Positions 27,801-38,360 of a stretch of 64,000 bases of DNA are shown one piece after another. The stretch lies in NCBI GenBank assembly GCA_964016885.1, contig OZ024758.1, forward strand, positions 25,978,001 to 26,042,000. Direction: 5' to 3'. The DNA comes from Eledone cirrhosa. Its lineage: Eukaryota. Every line of letters begins with the position of its first letter. Within the stretch, counting starts at the first letter, position 1. The notes beneath the pieces were generated by a model, which saw nothing but the letters and a program-made list of their open reading frames with translations, made no database searches and had not been told where the DNA came from. A program made the translations under genes and the position numbers.

Positions 27801-30800
27801 TGATGATGATATGTATATATATGTATATGTATATATATATGTGTCCACACTGTAAATGAGGTTGGTGTTAGGAAGGGCATCCAGCCGTAGAAAACCTGCC
27901 AGATAGTCCTATATGAGCGAGACACGGTCACCCGACCAGCCTTGCCTCAGTGGGACAACTTCCGTCTAACCCATGCTAGCGTGGAAAATGGACATTAAAC
28001 GAAGATGATGATGATGCCTATTCTTAGTATTCATTTGCACAGTGATGATCCTATTAACACTGGATCATTTAATTGACTCCCTACCAAATTATGTAACCTC
28101 GGATTATTATCTTTATTTTGGTAGAATCGGTAGAGCATCGAACACCATGCTTTGCAGCATAGAGTTACGGCCCTTTCCATTCTGAGTTCAAATCCCACCA
28201 AGGTTAACTTTGCCTTTCATCCTTACTAGATCGATAAAATAAAGTACCAGTAATGCACTGGGGTCAATTTAATCGACTTTCCCCTCTCCCCAAAATTTGC
28301 TGGCCTTGTACCTAAAGTAGAAACAATTATTATAAGGGCAGTGGATTGGCAGAATTGGTAGAATATCGGACAACATGCTTAGTGGCATAGAGTAACAGCC
28401 CTTAACGATCTGAGTTCAAATCCCCACAGAGGTTAGCTTTGTCTTTCATCCATACAGGGGCGATAAAATAAAGTACCAGTCACGCACTGGGATCGATTTA
28501 ATCGATATGTCCTTTCCCAAAAAATTGTTGACCTTATGTCTAAAGTAGAAACAATGATTATTATTATTATTATTATTAAGGGCTGGATTGGCAGTATCGG
28601 TAGAGGGTCGGACGCCATGCTTTGACGCATAGAGTTACGGTCCTTGCCATTCTGAGTTCAAATCCCGCCAAGGTTAACTTTGCCTTTCATCCTTATGGGG
28701 TCGATAAAATAAAGTACCAGTAATGAACTGGGTTGATTTAATCAACTTTCCCTTTCCCCAAAAATTGCTGGCCTTGTGCTTAAATCAAAAACCATTATTA
28801 TTATTATTATTTCTTGCGGTCGATTGGCAGTATCGGTAGAGGGTCAGACGCCATGCTTTGCAGCATAGAGTTACGGCCCTTGCTATTCTGAGTTCAAATC
28901 CCGCCGAGGTTAACTTTGCCTTTCATCCTTACGGGGGTCGATAAAATAAAGCACCAGTAACGTACTGGTGTCAATTTAATCGATTTTCCCCTCCCCCAAA
29001 ATTGCTGGCCTTGTGCCTATATAAGAAACCATTATTTCTTGCGGTGGATTGGCAGTATCGGTAGAGGGTCGGACACCGTGCTTTGCAGCATAGAGTTACG
29101 GCCCTTTATGGTCTGAGTTCAAATCCCGCCGAGGTTAACTTTGCCTTTCATCCTTACGGGGTCGATAAAATAAAGTACCAGTAATACACTGGGATAATTG
29201 CTGGCCTTGTGCCTAAAGTAGAAACAATTATTATTATTATTTCTTGCATTGAAACCATCAGAGTTATAACCTGCTTTATTTTCCTTGCCAGCTTGTAAAT
29301 GCTCTGAAGACAATCAGTGAATTTGAGGTTGAAGTTGTGGATTTCAATTTTAGGTATTTATGTTTTACTGGCTTAAATTAACTAAATTATTATTTCATGC
29401 CAGCATCAATAATTTATTTAAACCAGCCATATCCAGTCAGAATTCTCTCACCTCTTTCTGTTCAAACCGGTCATAGTGATGTTAAGGTATTGTTCTCAAA
29501 ATAAATAATATCATTAAAATCTCGTAATTTCATATTATGTGAGATAAAACCTTTACTGTGGAAATATAATAGTAAATATAGAGTAATGTAAATGGTAAAG
29601 GGTTAAAGTATATCATAAATAATATAAATGGGGTTTTTTTGGCAGGGCGGGAAGAGGGTGTTTTATATTTTACAACTATTCTTCAATGACTATCAAAATA
29701 TAATGAATTAAAAAGAAGTAAGAAATTTAACATTTAACAAGTTGAACATTTTTCTTGGCCAGATAACCTAAATGGTTAATTCATTGGTTCTAGTTTATAT
29801 ATTATTAAATGACGGAAAAATACATTCTCCTAGATAGCATATTAGGCTTTAACCCTTTAACATTTACATTACTCTATATTTACTATTATATTTTCACAGT
29901 AAAGGCTTTATCTCACATAATATCGAATCTACAAGATTTTGATGTTATTTATTTTGAGGACAATACCTTAAGATCAGTATGAGTGGCTGGTTGCAGCTGG
30001 TTTGAACAGAAAGAGGTGAGAGAATTCTGGTCCAATACTGCCAGTTTAAATGCTAAAGGGTTAAGATATTAACTCCCATATGTATACCTAGAGTCAGCAT
30101 GTTGCTTGAAGAGTTTGATTCACTAGTGAAACACTATTGGTGCCACCATGTAACCCAGTATAACCTGCCTCATGGTTGAATTATCAGTGACTAAACTGGC
30201 TCCACCACCAGACCCTGATCTGGTGAGGAGAGTAAGTGGAACCCCAGCATGTAACCCAGTATAACCTGCCTCATGGTTGAATTATCAGTGACTAAACTGG
30301 CTCCACCACCAGACCCTGATCTGGTGAGGAGAGTAAGTGGAACCCCAGCATGTAACCCAGTATAACCTGCCTCATGGTTGAATTATCAGTGACTAAACTG
30401 GCTCCACCACCAGACCCTGATCTGGTGAGGAGAGTAAGTGGAACCCCAGCATGTAACCCAGTATAACCTGCCTCATGGTTGAATTATCAGTGACTAAACT
30501 GGCTCCACCACCAGACCCTGATCTGGTGAGGAGAGTAAGTAGAACCCCAGCAACATAAAAAAGCAAGAGCTGTTAAAATTAAAAGAGTAGAAGAACTCCT
30601 CAGAGTCAACAGCCATCCATGGGTTAAATAGCCTCACCAACCTGCAATTGGCCAAGTGGGGTGAGTATGGTTACACCCCTGATGACCAGAATCAAACAAA
30701 GTTTTGGAGGTCAACCATGGACTGGTTCCTCCACCAGCAATGAGAAGGGATTGGATGTTTACAGGTTTGCTAAGATCAATATATTTAAGTTAAAATCTGT

Positions 30801-32840
30801 TTCTCTCTCCATATTTCACTGAGATTGATGGCTAGGTAGTGTTCTTTCAACCCAATCCACAGGTCAGATCAGATAGTATAAAAATATTTTTTAAATTTCA
30901 CATAACTTAAACATTTTTTTCCAAAATTTCCTTCAAAAATTTCTTTTTATGATACAAAACTGTAATTATATTTATATCTTAATTATTTATAATTACTTAC
31001 ACTATAATTATATTTATATTTTAATTATTTATAATTACTTACACTGTAATTATATTTATATCTTAATTATTTATAATTACTTACACTATAATTATATTTA
31101 TATTTTAATTATTTATAATTACTTACACTGTAATTATATTTATATTTTAAGAATGTTATGTGAATTTTCTTCTTTCTTCCATTTCAGAAAAATGTCTTTT
31201 TACGAACAAATACGAGTAAGTCTCTTAAACTTTATTATGAAATGTTTATTTAATTAAAAAATGCTTTAACTTCATGTGTAAGGGTGGGGAGGTGTTTCAC
31301 ATCTGCAGGAGTATAAAAGTAAATTCTAAAAATAGCCACTCAATAGTACTTATCACAGAAAAGATTATCACAGTCTGAAACCAGACAGGTTGAAGTGACC
31401 TCATCATGTTCTTACGTTCCATATTTGGCATGGTTTCCACAGCTGGATGCCCTTCATAACAACAGTCACTTTATAGGGCGTACAGGGTACATTTGTTTCA
31501 TGGAACCACCACTGCTATTTTACACAGTGAACTCGATGCATTTTATCATGGCACCAATACTAACACTTTAAACCGGCCACAACTGGCTGCTCATACTGAT
31601 GTTACGGTATTATTCTCAAAAGAAATAATACCAAAATCTTGTAGATATTGGTATTATTATGCAAGATAATTATGTGAAATAAAGTGTTTACTGTGATAAT
31701 ACAATAGTAAATATAGAGTAAAGGGTTAAAGGATGTAGTGAGTACATTTTATGATGGCCCCAGCACTAGGGAGTTTGTCATATGCTTGGCCAGACTGGAG
31801 AGTCCTCTCAGACCTTATTTTGCCTCTGTTCATTTGCCTACCACAGTATATCATCATCATCATCATCAGGTTTAGCGTCCGTGTTCCACGCTTGCATGGG
31901 TTTGGACGGGGGTTTTCCCACTTGAGGCAAGAGTGGTTGTCTTGCTCGCATAGGACTGTCTGGCGGGTTTTCTACAGTTGGATGCCCTTCCTAACACCAA
32001 CCACATTTACAGTGTGGGGCTGGGAGGTTTTTACCGTGTTGCCTACACGGCCACATTACAGCGTGGACTGTCTGGCGGGTTTTCTACAGCTGGATGCCCT
32101 TCCTAACACCAACCACATTTACAGTGTGGGGCTGGGAGGTTTTTACCGTGTTGCCTACACGGCCACATTTACAGCGTGGACTGTGTGTTTTTTGTCGTGA
32201 CACCTACACGATCTCATTTGTTTCGGCCTGGATGTTGTGGGACCAACATAACTTTACATTGAAAGGGGCGGTGTGGGTGGGGTGGAGGTGGTGGGACGGG
32301 GGTGTGTTTTGATAGAGATGCCTACTGACTGTAGTAGGTTTTTACTTTGTATTTAGGTAAGGCGGGTCTTCTCTATTACTGAGTACCGCCAAAGGTATGT
32401 ATTTTATCATGACACCTGTAGTAAAAAGATTGTTATATGTTCAACCATATTGCGGAGTCTTCTCTACTCTATATTGTCTTTGTGTGTGTATATATATATA
32501 TATATATCATCGTTTTAATATCTACTTTCCCTGCAAGAAAGGTTTGGACAGGTCAACATAGATCAAGTGAGTACTGAAGCGGGTCTACTGATCTCCTGGA
32601 CAGGTCTGCTATCTTGCTTGCATATGGTCTCACATTTTCCTGAGTACCAGGTGAGGTTATCATGTCTTTCACACAAGTGAAAGATCCATTCAACCCTTAT
32701 ATATATATATATATATAGTTATCTAATAAACAACATAAGATAATTATTTCATTTACCAGTGGTTTCTTGAAGGCAGATATTTATATCTGTCTGCAGTCGT
32801 CAGAATGAATAAATAACATGTACCTTTCCTACAGAAATAC

Positions 32841-32874
<34 letters not shown>

Positions 32875-35800
32875 ACGTTGTCATTGTTTAATGTCCACTT
32901 TCCACACTAGCATGGGTTAGACAGGTTGTCCCGTTTGAGGCAAATTGGGTCAGGTGACCATGTCCTACTCATACAGAACTGTTTCTGGCTATATATATAT
33001 ATATATGTGTGTATGTAAAAGGTAAATATAAATAACAACACAATCGGTACAGTATATGGAAGGTATGTATCAAGGTTAACGCTTGATATAGCAGGAAGAG
33101 AGTCTTAACGTTTCGGACGCTAGTCCTTCATCAGAAGAAAGAATGAGAAATAAGATAGATTGAGGGGATGGGCGGGGGTGGAATTGGGAAAAATGTCTTT
33201 AGATAAAAATAACAGGTCCATTCATGTTGACATCTCTTGCAAAACTCATATGTATACACTAATACCAAAGTCTAACAAAAACTTCACCTAGTCCTCTTAG
33301 TATAATTTTCATCACTCTTAATCCAAACTGCCTGAAACTGTCCCTTTTTTTTTTTTTACAATACAAAACTATTTGTTTTAAAATATTTATATTTACCTAA
33401 AAAATTTACCATTATAATTCTATGAAAGGACTTTTGTTAAATTATGTTGTATATTTTGTTTAAATTTTTTTCTTAGATTTCTCACAATAGTGATATTTTT
33501 ATTGGTATGCATGGAGCTGGTCTGACACATGCCTTATTCTTACCTGACTGGGCTGTTTTATTTGAATTGTAAGTCTACAGATTTTTATTCTTATTAAAAT
33601 AATAATGAAATTATTGTGTACAGTGCTCAGGTGCACTACAACTCATCAAATGTGCATGTATAGTACATAGAATAATGTACATTCCCTACATTCATTATTC
33701 ATAATATTTTGTTTAACACTATCAATGTTTATAATAATAATAATAATGAAATATTGTGTACAGTGCTCAGGTGCACTACAACTCATCAAAGGTGCATGTA
33801 TAGTACATAGAATAATGTATATTCCCTACATTCATTATTCATAATATTTTGTTTAACACTATCAATGTTTATAATAATAATAATAATGAAATATTGTGTA
33901 CAGTGTTCAGGTGCACTACAACTCATCAAAGGTGCATGTATAGTACATAGGGTAATGTACTTATGTAAGTATATATGTAAAGATGCATGAACCTGTAGCT
34001 CCTGATTGAGTCACAGTGTTGGACATTTTAATCCTAACAGCCCATCTCTTTCCATGCAGTTTTTACATTTTTTATAACAATTATTTTTTCCTTGTAACCC
34101 TCATAGGTTCAACTGTGATGATGAATTTTGTTATAAAGATCTTGCTCGCCTTCGAGGAATTAAATATATCACCTGGGAAAGATTAGATAAACTTACACCT
34201 GAAGATGAGGTGAGTTACAACTCCAATCCGTGTCATTTTCTCAACCCTTTAGCATTTACATTACTCTATATAAACTTTTATGGTTTCATGGTAAAGGCAT
34301 TATCTCACATAATATCAAATATATTAGATTTTGATATTATTTATTTTGAGGGAGCTGGATTGGCAGTATCGGTAGAGGGTCAGACGCCATGCTTTCCAGC
34401 ATAGTTACGTCCCTTTACGATCTGAGTTCAAATCCCGCCAAGGTTGACTTTGCCTTTCATCCTTACGGGGTTGATAAAATAAAGCACCAGTAATGCATTG
34501 GGGTAATTGCTGGCCTTGTGCCAAAAGTAGAAACAATTATTTATTTTGAGGGAGCTGAATTGGTAGAGCGTCAGACGCCATGCTTTGCAGCATTCTGAGT
34601 TGAAATTCCACCGAGGTTAACTTTGTCTTTCATCCTTACGGGGTTGATAAAATAAAGCACTAGTAATGCACTGGGGTAATTGCTGGCCTTGTGCCAAAAG
34701 TAGAAACAATTATTTATTTTGAGGGAGCTGAATTGGTAGAGCGTCAGACGCCATGCTTTGCAGCATTCTGAGTTGAAATTCCACCGAGGTTAACTTTGCC
34801 TTTCATCCTTACGGGGTTGATAAAATAAAGCACCAGTAATGCACTGGGGTAATTGCTGGCCTTGTGCCAAAAGTAGAAACAATTATTTATTTTGAGAATG
34901 ATACCTTAACACAAGTATGAGCAGCTGGTTACTGCTGGTGAGAAAATTCTGGCTGGATACAGCTGGTTTAAACGCTAAAGGGTTAAGAAAAATTATGATT
35001 TATTTATTATTGTATATTTTGTATTTCATTTAAATATGTATTGTTATTTTTAATTAACTTGAGTAGGGTTTTTCTAAAATATTTATTTAGAATTTGTAAA
35101 TCCTAAAAGTTCTGATTTTCTAACCTTATTTTTTGGTTTCTTTTTGTGTTTTTTATTTTTTTTTATTCTTTATTTCTGTGTAATCTTTAGTCTCGATCTA
35201 CATCACACACACACACTGTACATACTCAGATATAAACTGATACAAATATAAGGTGACCCCACTATTTTATGTTTGAAAAATAGGCAAAAACCGAAACCTT
35301 GTTTACATAGAAATTGAGGATGAAAATCATTAAAATATTGACCACGAATATAAGCCCATCACCTTCAACCATCAATTTTTTGGTCATATATATATATTTC
35401 ATTTCATTTGAGTTTGAGTCCATGTTCAGGCCAAGTCGAAGACTCCACCCTCAGAGTCTGGTGTGGTTGCCAGGTTGGATTCTCTGTTTAATTTTGACAT
35501 GTGTAGGAGCGAGTTTGAGTCAGTTTGTGCTCGTTGTGTATATCCTGGGAGATGGGGTTCATCTCTAATGGTGCTTAAGTATCTATCCAGCTGCAATTTG
35601 AACGATTCCACACTGCATCCTGATAGATTTCTGACATGTACCGGAATGGAGTTGAATAGTTGTGCCCCTCGAACCAACAGACTTGACTCTCACAGGGTTT
35701 TTGCTGCCTGGCCAGCCTTTTTGTTGATTGGTGGTAGCTGGCAGCGTCTTCCTTGGCGCAGTGAGTGGTAGGTTTTGATACCAAAGTTTGGCACCTTTTG

Positions 35801-37567
35801 CTCTATCATTTTCCAAATGTATATAATTCGATAACACTCAAATCTTCTTTCTATTGAGTCTTTGCCAATAGTCCAGGTCCCTCGTTTCTGAGAAGTATGA
35901 GGTAAAATATATATATTTTTTTTTTAATTGAGTTTGAATTATTTTCCCACATCTTACGTTAACTATTTTAATAGTTAACGTAAGCCGTCGGGGTCAAACA
36001 TTTTCCTATACCCACTCTACTACCCTAAGTATTGGTGCGTTATGGTCCATCTGGTTCCTTACCACACCTCCTTCGTTATATATATATCATCATCATCATC
36101 ATTTTACGTCCACTTTTCCCTGCTTGCAAGGGTGGGACGGGAATTGATTCTGGCTTGATTTCTACAGCTGGATGCCCTTCCTAACACCAACCTCATTTAC
36201 AGTGAGTGCTGGGTGCTTTTTTGCCGTGGCACCTCCACGACCACTTTGCAGTGGAATGATAGGGACCCCAGTCCCTATCATCTCATTTCTACAGCTGAGT
36301 AAACTGGAGCAATGTGAAATAAAGAGTCTTGCTCAAGCAAACAACACATCACCCGGTCTGAGAATTGAACTCACAACCTTTCGATTGCAAGGCCAATGCT
36401 CTAACCACTGTTCGCAAGGTTACTGTCTAGGGAAAAGTAACACAGTAGTTTTATTTTTTAAGATTTATTTATCAAACTTGGGTCAGTTTGTCTCCATGGC
36501 TTGTTCTTTCGATCTCACTCGATAAACCCGCCATTTACTTTGATGATGGCCTCAAGGCGGCCTCGGAACAGGCTACAGGCCTTTGTCACTGTCCCCCGAC
36601 TTAGGCCCCTAAAGGTACTTGTGATCCTGGCCTTCAGATCGTCTTTTGTATTGCAGCTAGATCTGTTGGTGTCTCATTCCACTGCACCCCACACAGTCGT
36701 CGAGGGGGTTGCAGTCAGGCGAGCTGGGAGGCCAGATGTCAGGTGAAGTGTGGTCGACGAAGTTCTCGGACAGCCAGGCTTGGGTCTTTCGGCTGGTATG
36801 GCAGGGCATTGAGGCTTGCTGCCACACATACGGCCTATCTGCAGCTACCTGGTCGATCCAGGGCTTTACTACCTCGCTCAGAACGCGGATGTAGCCATCG
36901 GTGTTCAGCTTGAGGCCCTCAGGGAAAAAGTGAGGTGGCATTACGTCACCTTGACTGCTGACGACACCCAAGACCAATGTTGTTGCTGGAAACTTTGTCT
37001 ACATGACTCTGGGCACGTCTTTGGATGAGACAGCAAGCCACTTGTTGTTCTGGGAGTTGATCTTCTGGTCTTATTTGTCCTCCCGACGCGGATTCCAAGA
37101 AGAACTCCGTGTCTCTTCCACAAATTTGGAGGTTCAAAATTATTCATAATCAATTATTCTGAAAATAAATAATGGAAATATAGTCACTGTTTTTATGATG
37201 ACAAGAGTGACAACGGAAGTAAAAAAAATTTGCATAAAATTAGCAGTTGAAAATTGCGAACAAATATCGTCCGCCCCCTGTATATACACACACACATACA
37301 TACACACATATATACACACACACATGCACATGTATATATATATTGTTTTTTATTTCAGTCTATATATCTTTCTACATACATTTTTGTTCTTATTTTTAGG
37401 GCCATCATCCAACATTAGGACCACATCCTAAATTTACAAATTATTCTTTTGATGTCAAAGAATTCATGCGATTAATTCTTGGAGCTGCTGATTATGTTCT
37501 TGGCCATAAGATATTCTGGCAGAGTCATCAAAACCTCTACAAGCCTCCCTCGAAAACTGAACTTTGA
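6228..37567 (+). CDS. EOGT: EGF domain-specific O-linked N-acetylglucosamine transferase (GT61); 5'-partial gene span, 13 coding exons in window
   Basis: Manually spliced exons give one open frame ([24 protein letters not shown]...KSPLQSWFAEL...[18 protein letters not shown]...[12 protein letters not shown]...[22 protein letters not shown]...KTEL*), closely matching recalled vertebrate EOGT motifs. All introns GT-AG with consistent phase. Confidence 0.95.
6545..8632 (-). mobile_element. RTE-type LINE 3' fragment containing an expanded 97-bp satellite
   Basis: Minus-strand translation [22 protein letters not shown]...[11 protein letters not shown]; unexpanded homologue at ~21145-21350(+). Confidence 0.8.
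6710..8498. repeat. 97-bp tandem satellite, ~18 copies
   Basis: Period measured 6951->7048. Confidence 0.95.
8701..10564. mobile_element. piggyBac-type MITE with internal ~62-73-bp tandem array (8840-10558)
   Basis: Same termini as 3571-3765; the gaggtaaagcctttaccatgaaaata unit is repeated ~24 times. Confidence 0.88.
10631..11502 (+). mobile_element. Non-autonomous Helitron-like element with nested SINE (11104-11290)
   Basis: A|TCTATATATA 5' end; 3' decayed hairpin cctgagtgaagccggg followed by CTAG|T. Confidence 0.65.
11740..12052 (-). mobile_element. SINE/LINE 3' part with (ATG)n tail (family A relative); similar at 14000-14210, 27625-28015, 31850-32395, 48295-48722, 50925-51096
   Basis: ggatgcccttcctaacacca core and catcatcatttaacgtcc tail. 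Confidence 0.75.
12764..13415. mobile_element. hAT MITE with nested SINE
   Basis: TIR cagtagttctcaac / gttaagaatcactg; perfect 8-bp TSD CTCTACAT. Confidence 0.85.
14614..14718 (+). CDS. EOGT: EOGT exon ([35 protein letters not shown])
   Basis: taatag|A...CATG|gtaggt; 105 nt; EIGGHC and KSPLQSW motifs. Confidence 0.93.
14954..15228. mobile_element. hAT-like MITE fragment
   Basis: caggcatggg left end and gcgggccgc subterminal motifs; right TIR missing. Confidence 0.6.
15632..15738 (+). CDS. EOGT: EOGT exon ([35 protein letters not shown])
   Basis: aaacag|G...GTTG|gtaagt; 107 nt. Confidence 0.93.
16665..17170 (-). mobile_element. Cluster of SINE family B copies
   Basis: Reverse complement of ggattggcagtatcggtagagggtcggacgcc...gagttcaaatcccgccgagg...gcctttcatccttacggggtcgataaa. 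Confidence 0.85.
19140..19243 (+). CDS. EOGT: EOGT exon ([35 protein letters not shown])
   Basis: ataaag|GC...ACA|gtaagt; 104 nt; highly conserved [11 protein letters not shown]. Confidence 0.95.
19340..20960. repeat. 36-bp hairpin-containing satellite, ~45 copies
   Basis: Unit aagttatgaact-cttttccaac-agttcataactt-ca; 12-aa periodicity in the ORF track. Confidence 0.97.
22161..22253 (+). CDS. EOGT: EOGT exon ([31 protein letters not shown])
   Basis: cttcag|AGT...AGG|gtatgt; 93 nt. Confidence 0.92.
22593..22887. mobile_element. Long-TIR MITE (ttaaatggatctactgta...tacagcagatccatttaa) with internal SINE tail
   Basis: Imperfect inverted arms of ~75 bp. Confidence 0.6.
23295..23366 (+). CDS. 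EOGT: EOGT exon ([24 protein letters not shown])
   Basis: ttccag|GTG...TTG|gtaagt; 72 nt. Confidence 0.93.
23675..24300. repeat. 39-bp minisatellite, ~15 copies
   Basis: Unit aatagtttacttgaagtattgtgtatggtatatagattt. Confidence 0.95.
24747..25082. mobile_element. Fold-back MITE with ~140-bp imperfect inverted arms
   Basis: agaatttgaagtttgaaagccacaacaaa / tttgttgtggctttcaaacttcaaattct; ggaaaatgaaagggactaatccagt / actggattagtccctttcattttcc. Confidence 0.8.
25635..25721 (+). CDS. EOGT: EOGT exon ([29 protein letters not shown])
   Basis: tttaag|GTA...CTT|gtaagc; 87 nt. Confidence 0.93.
26248..26473. mobile_element. hAT MITE
   Basis: TIR cagtgattcccaa / ttgggaaccactg; perfect 8-bp TSD GGTTAGGG. 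Confidence 0.85.
26702..26770 (+). CDS. EOGT: EOGT exon ([23 protein letters not shown])
   Basis: ttccag|CTA...GAA|gtaagt; 69 nt. Confidence 0.92.
28118..29240 (+). mobile_element. Head-to-tail array of five SINE family B copies
   Basis: Five tRNA-like heads, each ending in an (ATT)n tail. Confidence 0.88.
29292..29353 (+). CDS. EOGT: EOGT exon ([21 protein letters not shown])
   Basis: tgccag|CTT...TTAG|gtattt; 62 nt. Confidence 0.9.
30147..30551. repeat. 101-bp tandem repeat, 4 copies
   Basis: Period 30147->30248; near-identical copies. Confidence 0.93.
30958..31150. repeat. 42-bp AT-rich minisatellite, ~4.5 copies
   Basis: Unit actgtaattatatttatatcttaattatttataattacttac. Confidence 0.9.
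31188..31215 (+). CDS. EOGT: EOGT 28-nt microexon (KMSFYEQIR)
   Basis: tttcag|AAAA...CGA|gtaagt; restores phase between flanking exons; aligns to xLGFLDQLR. Confidence 0.88.
33102..33138 (-). ncRNA. Minimal type I hammerhead ribozyme motif (Penelope-like)
   Basis: Minus strand tctt-CTGATGA-a-ggac tagc gtcc-GAAA-cg-TT-aaga: intact core, 4-bp stems I and II, palindromic ACGT stem III. Confidence 0.6.
33477..33568 (+). CDS. EOGT: EOGT exon ([31 protein letters not shown])
   Basis: tcttag|ATT...AATT|gtaagt; GT61 HGAGLTH motif. Confidence 0.96.
33598..33960. repeat. 140-bp tandem repeat (~2.6 copies) of a retroelement 3' end; single copies at 15370-15443 and 17885-18065
   Basis: gtacagtgctcaggtgcactacaactcatcaaa motif with (AAT)n tail. 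Confidence 0.8.
34107..34209 (+). CDS. EOGT: EOGT exon ([34 protein letters not shown])
   Basis: tcatag|G...GAG|gtgagt; 103 nt. Confidence 0.94.
35400..35900 (-). mobile_element. CR1/L2-group LINE 3' fragment
   Basis: [40 protein letters not shown], typical of a LINE ORF2 C-terminus; frameshifted. Confidence 0.75.
36409..37280 (-). mobile_element. Internally deleted Tc1/mariner transposon, DD37D (maT-like) transposase pseudogene
   Basis: ...RPYVWQQ(A)SMPCH...[12 protein letters not shown] with 37-aa spacing; TIR cagggggcggacgatatttgttcgcaa plus TA at the right end; left TIR remnant tgttcgcaa truncated by a SINE. Confidence 0.85.
37400..37567 (+). CDS. EOGT: EOGT terminal coding exon, ends KTEL*
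   Basis: ttttag|GGC CAT CAT CCA...AAA ACT GAA CTT TGA; C-terminal KDEL-like signal. Confidence 0.95.
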   Translation, partial: GHHPTLGPHPKFTNYSFDVKEFMRLILGAADYVLGHKIFWQSHQNLYKPPSKTEL

Positions 37568-37754
37568 AACAGGCTGATCTCAAGAAGTAGTTACCAGCAA
37601 ACACCCTTAGTTACAAGAACATCATTAAAGTATATTATATTAATAACAGCAATTTCAAACCTCTCTATATCAAAATGTTTCTCAGAAAAGCATTCAATAT
37701 ATTTGTGCCTTATTTTGTAATTGTAACGCCAACATTGAATAGCAAAGTTATAAT

Positions 37755-37760
37755 AATAAA
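37755..37760 (+). promoter_or_regulatory. Candidate EOGT polyadenylation signal AATAAA
   Basis: AATAAA about 190 nt after the stop codon; the AT-rich context makes this weak. Confidence 0.35.
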
Positions 37761-38143
37761 TGAATCTACTTTAACCCTTTAGCATTTACATTACTCTATA
37801 TATACTATTGTATTTTTATGGTAAAGGCTTTATCTCACATAATATTGAATCTACAAGATTTTGATGTTATTTATTTTGAGAACAATACCTTAACATCAGT
37901 ATGAGTGGCCAGTTTGAAAAGAAAGAGCTGAGAAAATTCTGGCCAGATTTGGCCGGTTTAAATGCTAAGGGGTTAAACTAAACGTTCCCAGGAGCAGCTA
38001 ATATTTATGATAAAAATGTATGAAACCAATGCACTTCTAAAATAGATATTTTTCTTCTTGTTAAATTATCTTAAAATCTTAGTTTTGGGGGCTATTTACT
38101 TTGACTGATCCATCATTTCAAATAGAAAGCTGGTTTATATTAT

Positions 38144-38360
38144 ACAAGGGGGTGCTGAAAAGTTCCTGGCTTGATCACTACTACAGAGGCCTAGTTAGAG
38201 GCCCAACCTTCCAAGATCTTTTTATAGGGCTTAAAAAACTGAAGGACTGCTGCAATAAGTGTGTGAATCTGAGAGGGGAATATGTTGAATAAAATCATAA
38301 TTAACTGATCCACCCATATTTTCTGTTTCCCAAAGTCAGAAACATTTCAGCACCTCCTTG
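38144..38360. mobile_element. Mariner-type MITE
   Basis: TA|caagggggtgctgaaaagttcctgg ... cagaaacatttcagcacctccttg|TA. Confidence 0.75.
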
